From contig NC_087246.1 in NCBI RefSeq assembly GCF_037042905.1, forward strand, positions 8,620,001 to 8,684,000: 64,000 nt of DNA, in the 5' to 3' direction. The stretch comes from Lytechinus pictus (taxonomy: Eukaryota). Shown here piece after piece: positions 63,591 to 64,000 of the stretch (positions are counted from its first letter, which is position 1; each line of letters opens with the position of its first letter). The notes beneath the pieces were generated by a model. The model was not told the DNA's origin. It was given only the letters and a program-made list of their open reading frames with translations, and searched no databases. A program made the translations under genes and the position numbers.

Positions 63591-63877
63591 AACTACCTTA
63601 GCAAGTACCAGGGCCTGCCGATGTCCAACGACCCAAACACAAGGATGTCTTTGATAAGTCATACCGATCTTGCTTCCACCATCCGCAATATGCAATTGTA
63701 CATGAATGTACCCCTGACAGGGCGCGTTGATGCTGCTACCAAGACCAAGATGACCCAGCCCAGGTGTGGGGTACCAGACCCAACTGGTCAAGATGCGGCA
63801 GGCCACGCCCTCGGTGGTAGAATGAGAAGATATACGCACACCGGGGGAAAGTGGGAGAATCCAAGTCTAACATTCCG
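63591..63877 (+). CDS. Matrix metalloproteinase exon 2 (propeptide, cysteine switch, furin site, start of catalytic domain); gene continues beyond the window
   Basis: TTTTTCCAG acceptor. Encodes LTGRVDAAT, the PRCGVPD cysteine switch, the RMRR|Y furin site and GGKW...LTFR. CG|GTAGGA donor (phase 2). Confidence 0.93.
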
Positions 63878-64000
63878 GTAGGAATTGATCTGATATTCGT
63901 GTTTATATTGCCATTGTTGTAGTGTTGTGATGCGGATGAGGATGTATCAGGGACACAACAAATAATGGAAAAAGTTATATTATTTCTAAATGCATTTATT

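Overview
AT-rich animal genomic DNA with spliceosomal introns, dense in repeats. The repeat types resemble those of sea urchins (inference). Three + strand protein-coding genes can be assembled from splice sites. (1) An orphan of ~881 aa, mostly disordered, with a 12-nt first coding exon and a CRE/X-box-like promoter (9389-17340). (2) A complete 8-exon GPR143/OA1-like GPCR of 391 aa (31429-40758). (3) The first two exons of a furin-activated matrix metalloproteinase (54324-63877, continuing past the window). The rest is mostly non-autonomous mobile elements: TTAA-flanked Kolobok-like MITEs, hAT/MULE/Harbinger/pogo-like MITEs (often deeply nested), Helentron-type HINEs with tandem cores, two tRNA-derived SINEs, LINE 3' tails, and a decayed Penelope-like end that keeps a hammerhead ribozyme motif. 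The other notable observations are an 84-nt pre-miRNA-sized hairpin, arrays of perfect DR1 nuclear-receptor motifs carried by HINEs, a candidate poison exon, and a CpG-depleted domain over GPR143. No new multi-gene system can be supported from sequence alone.
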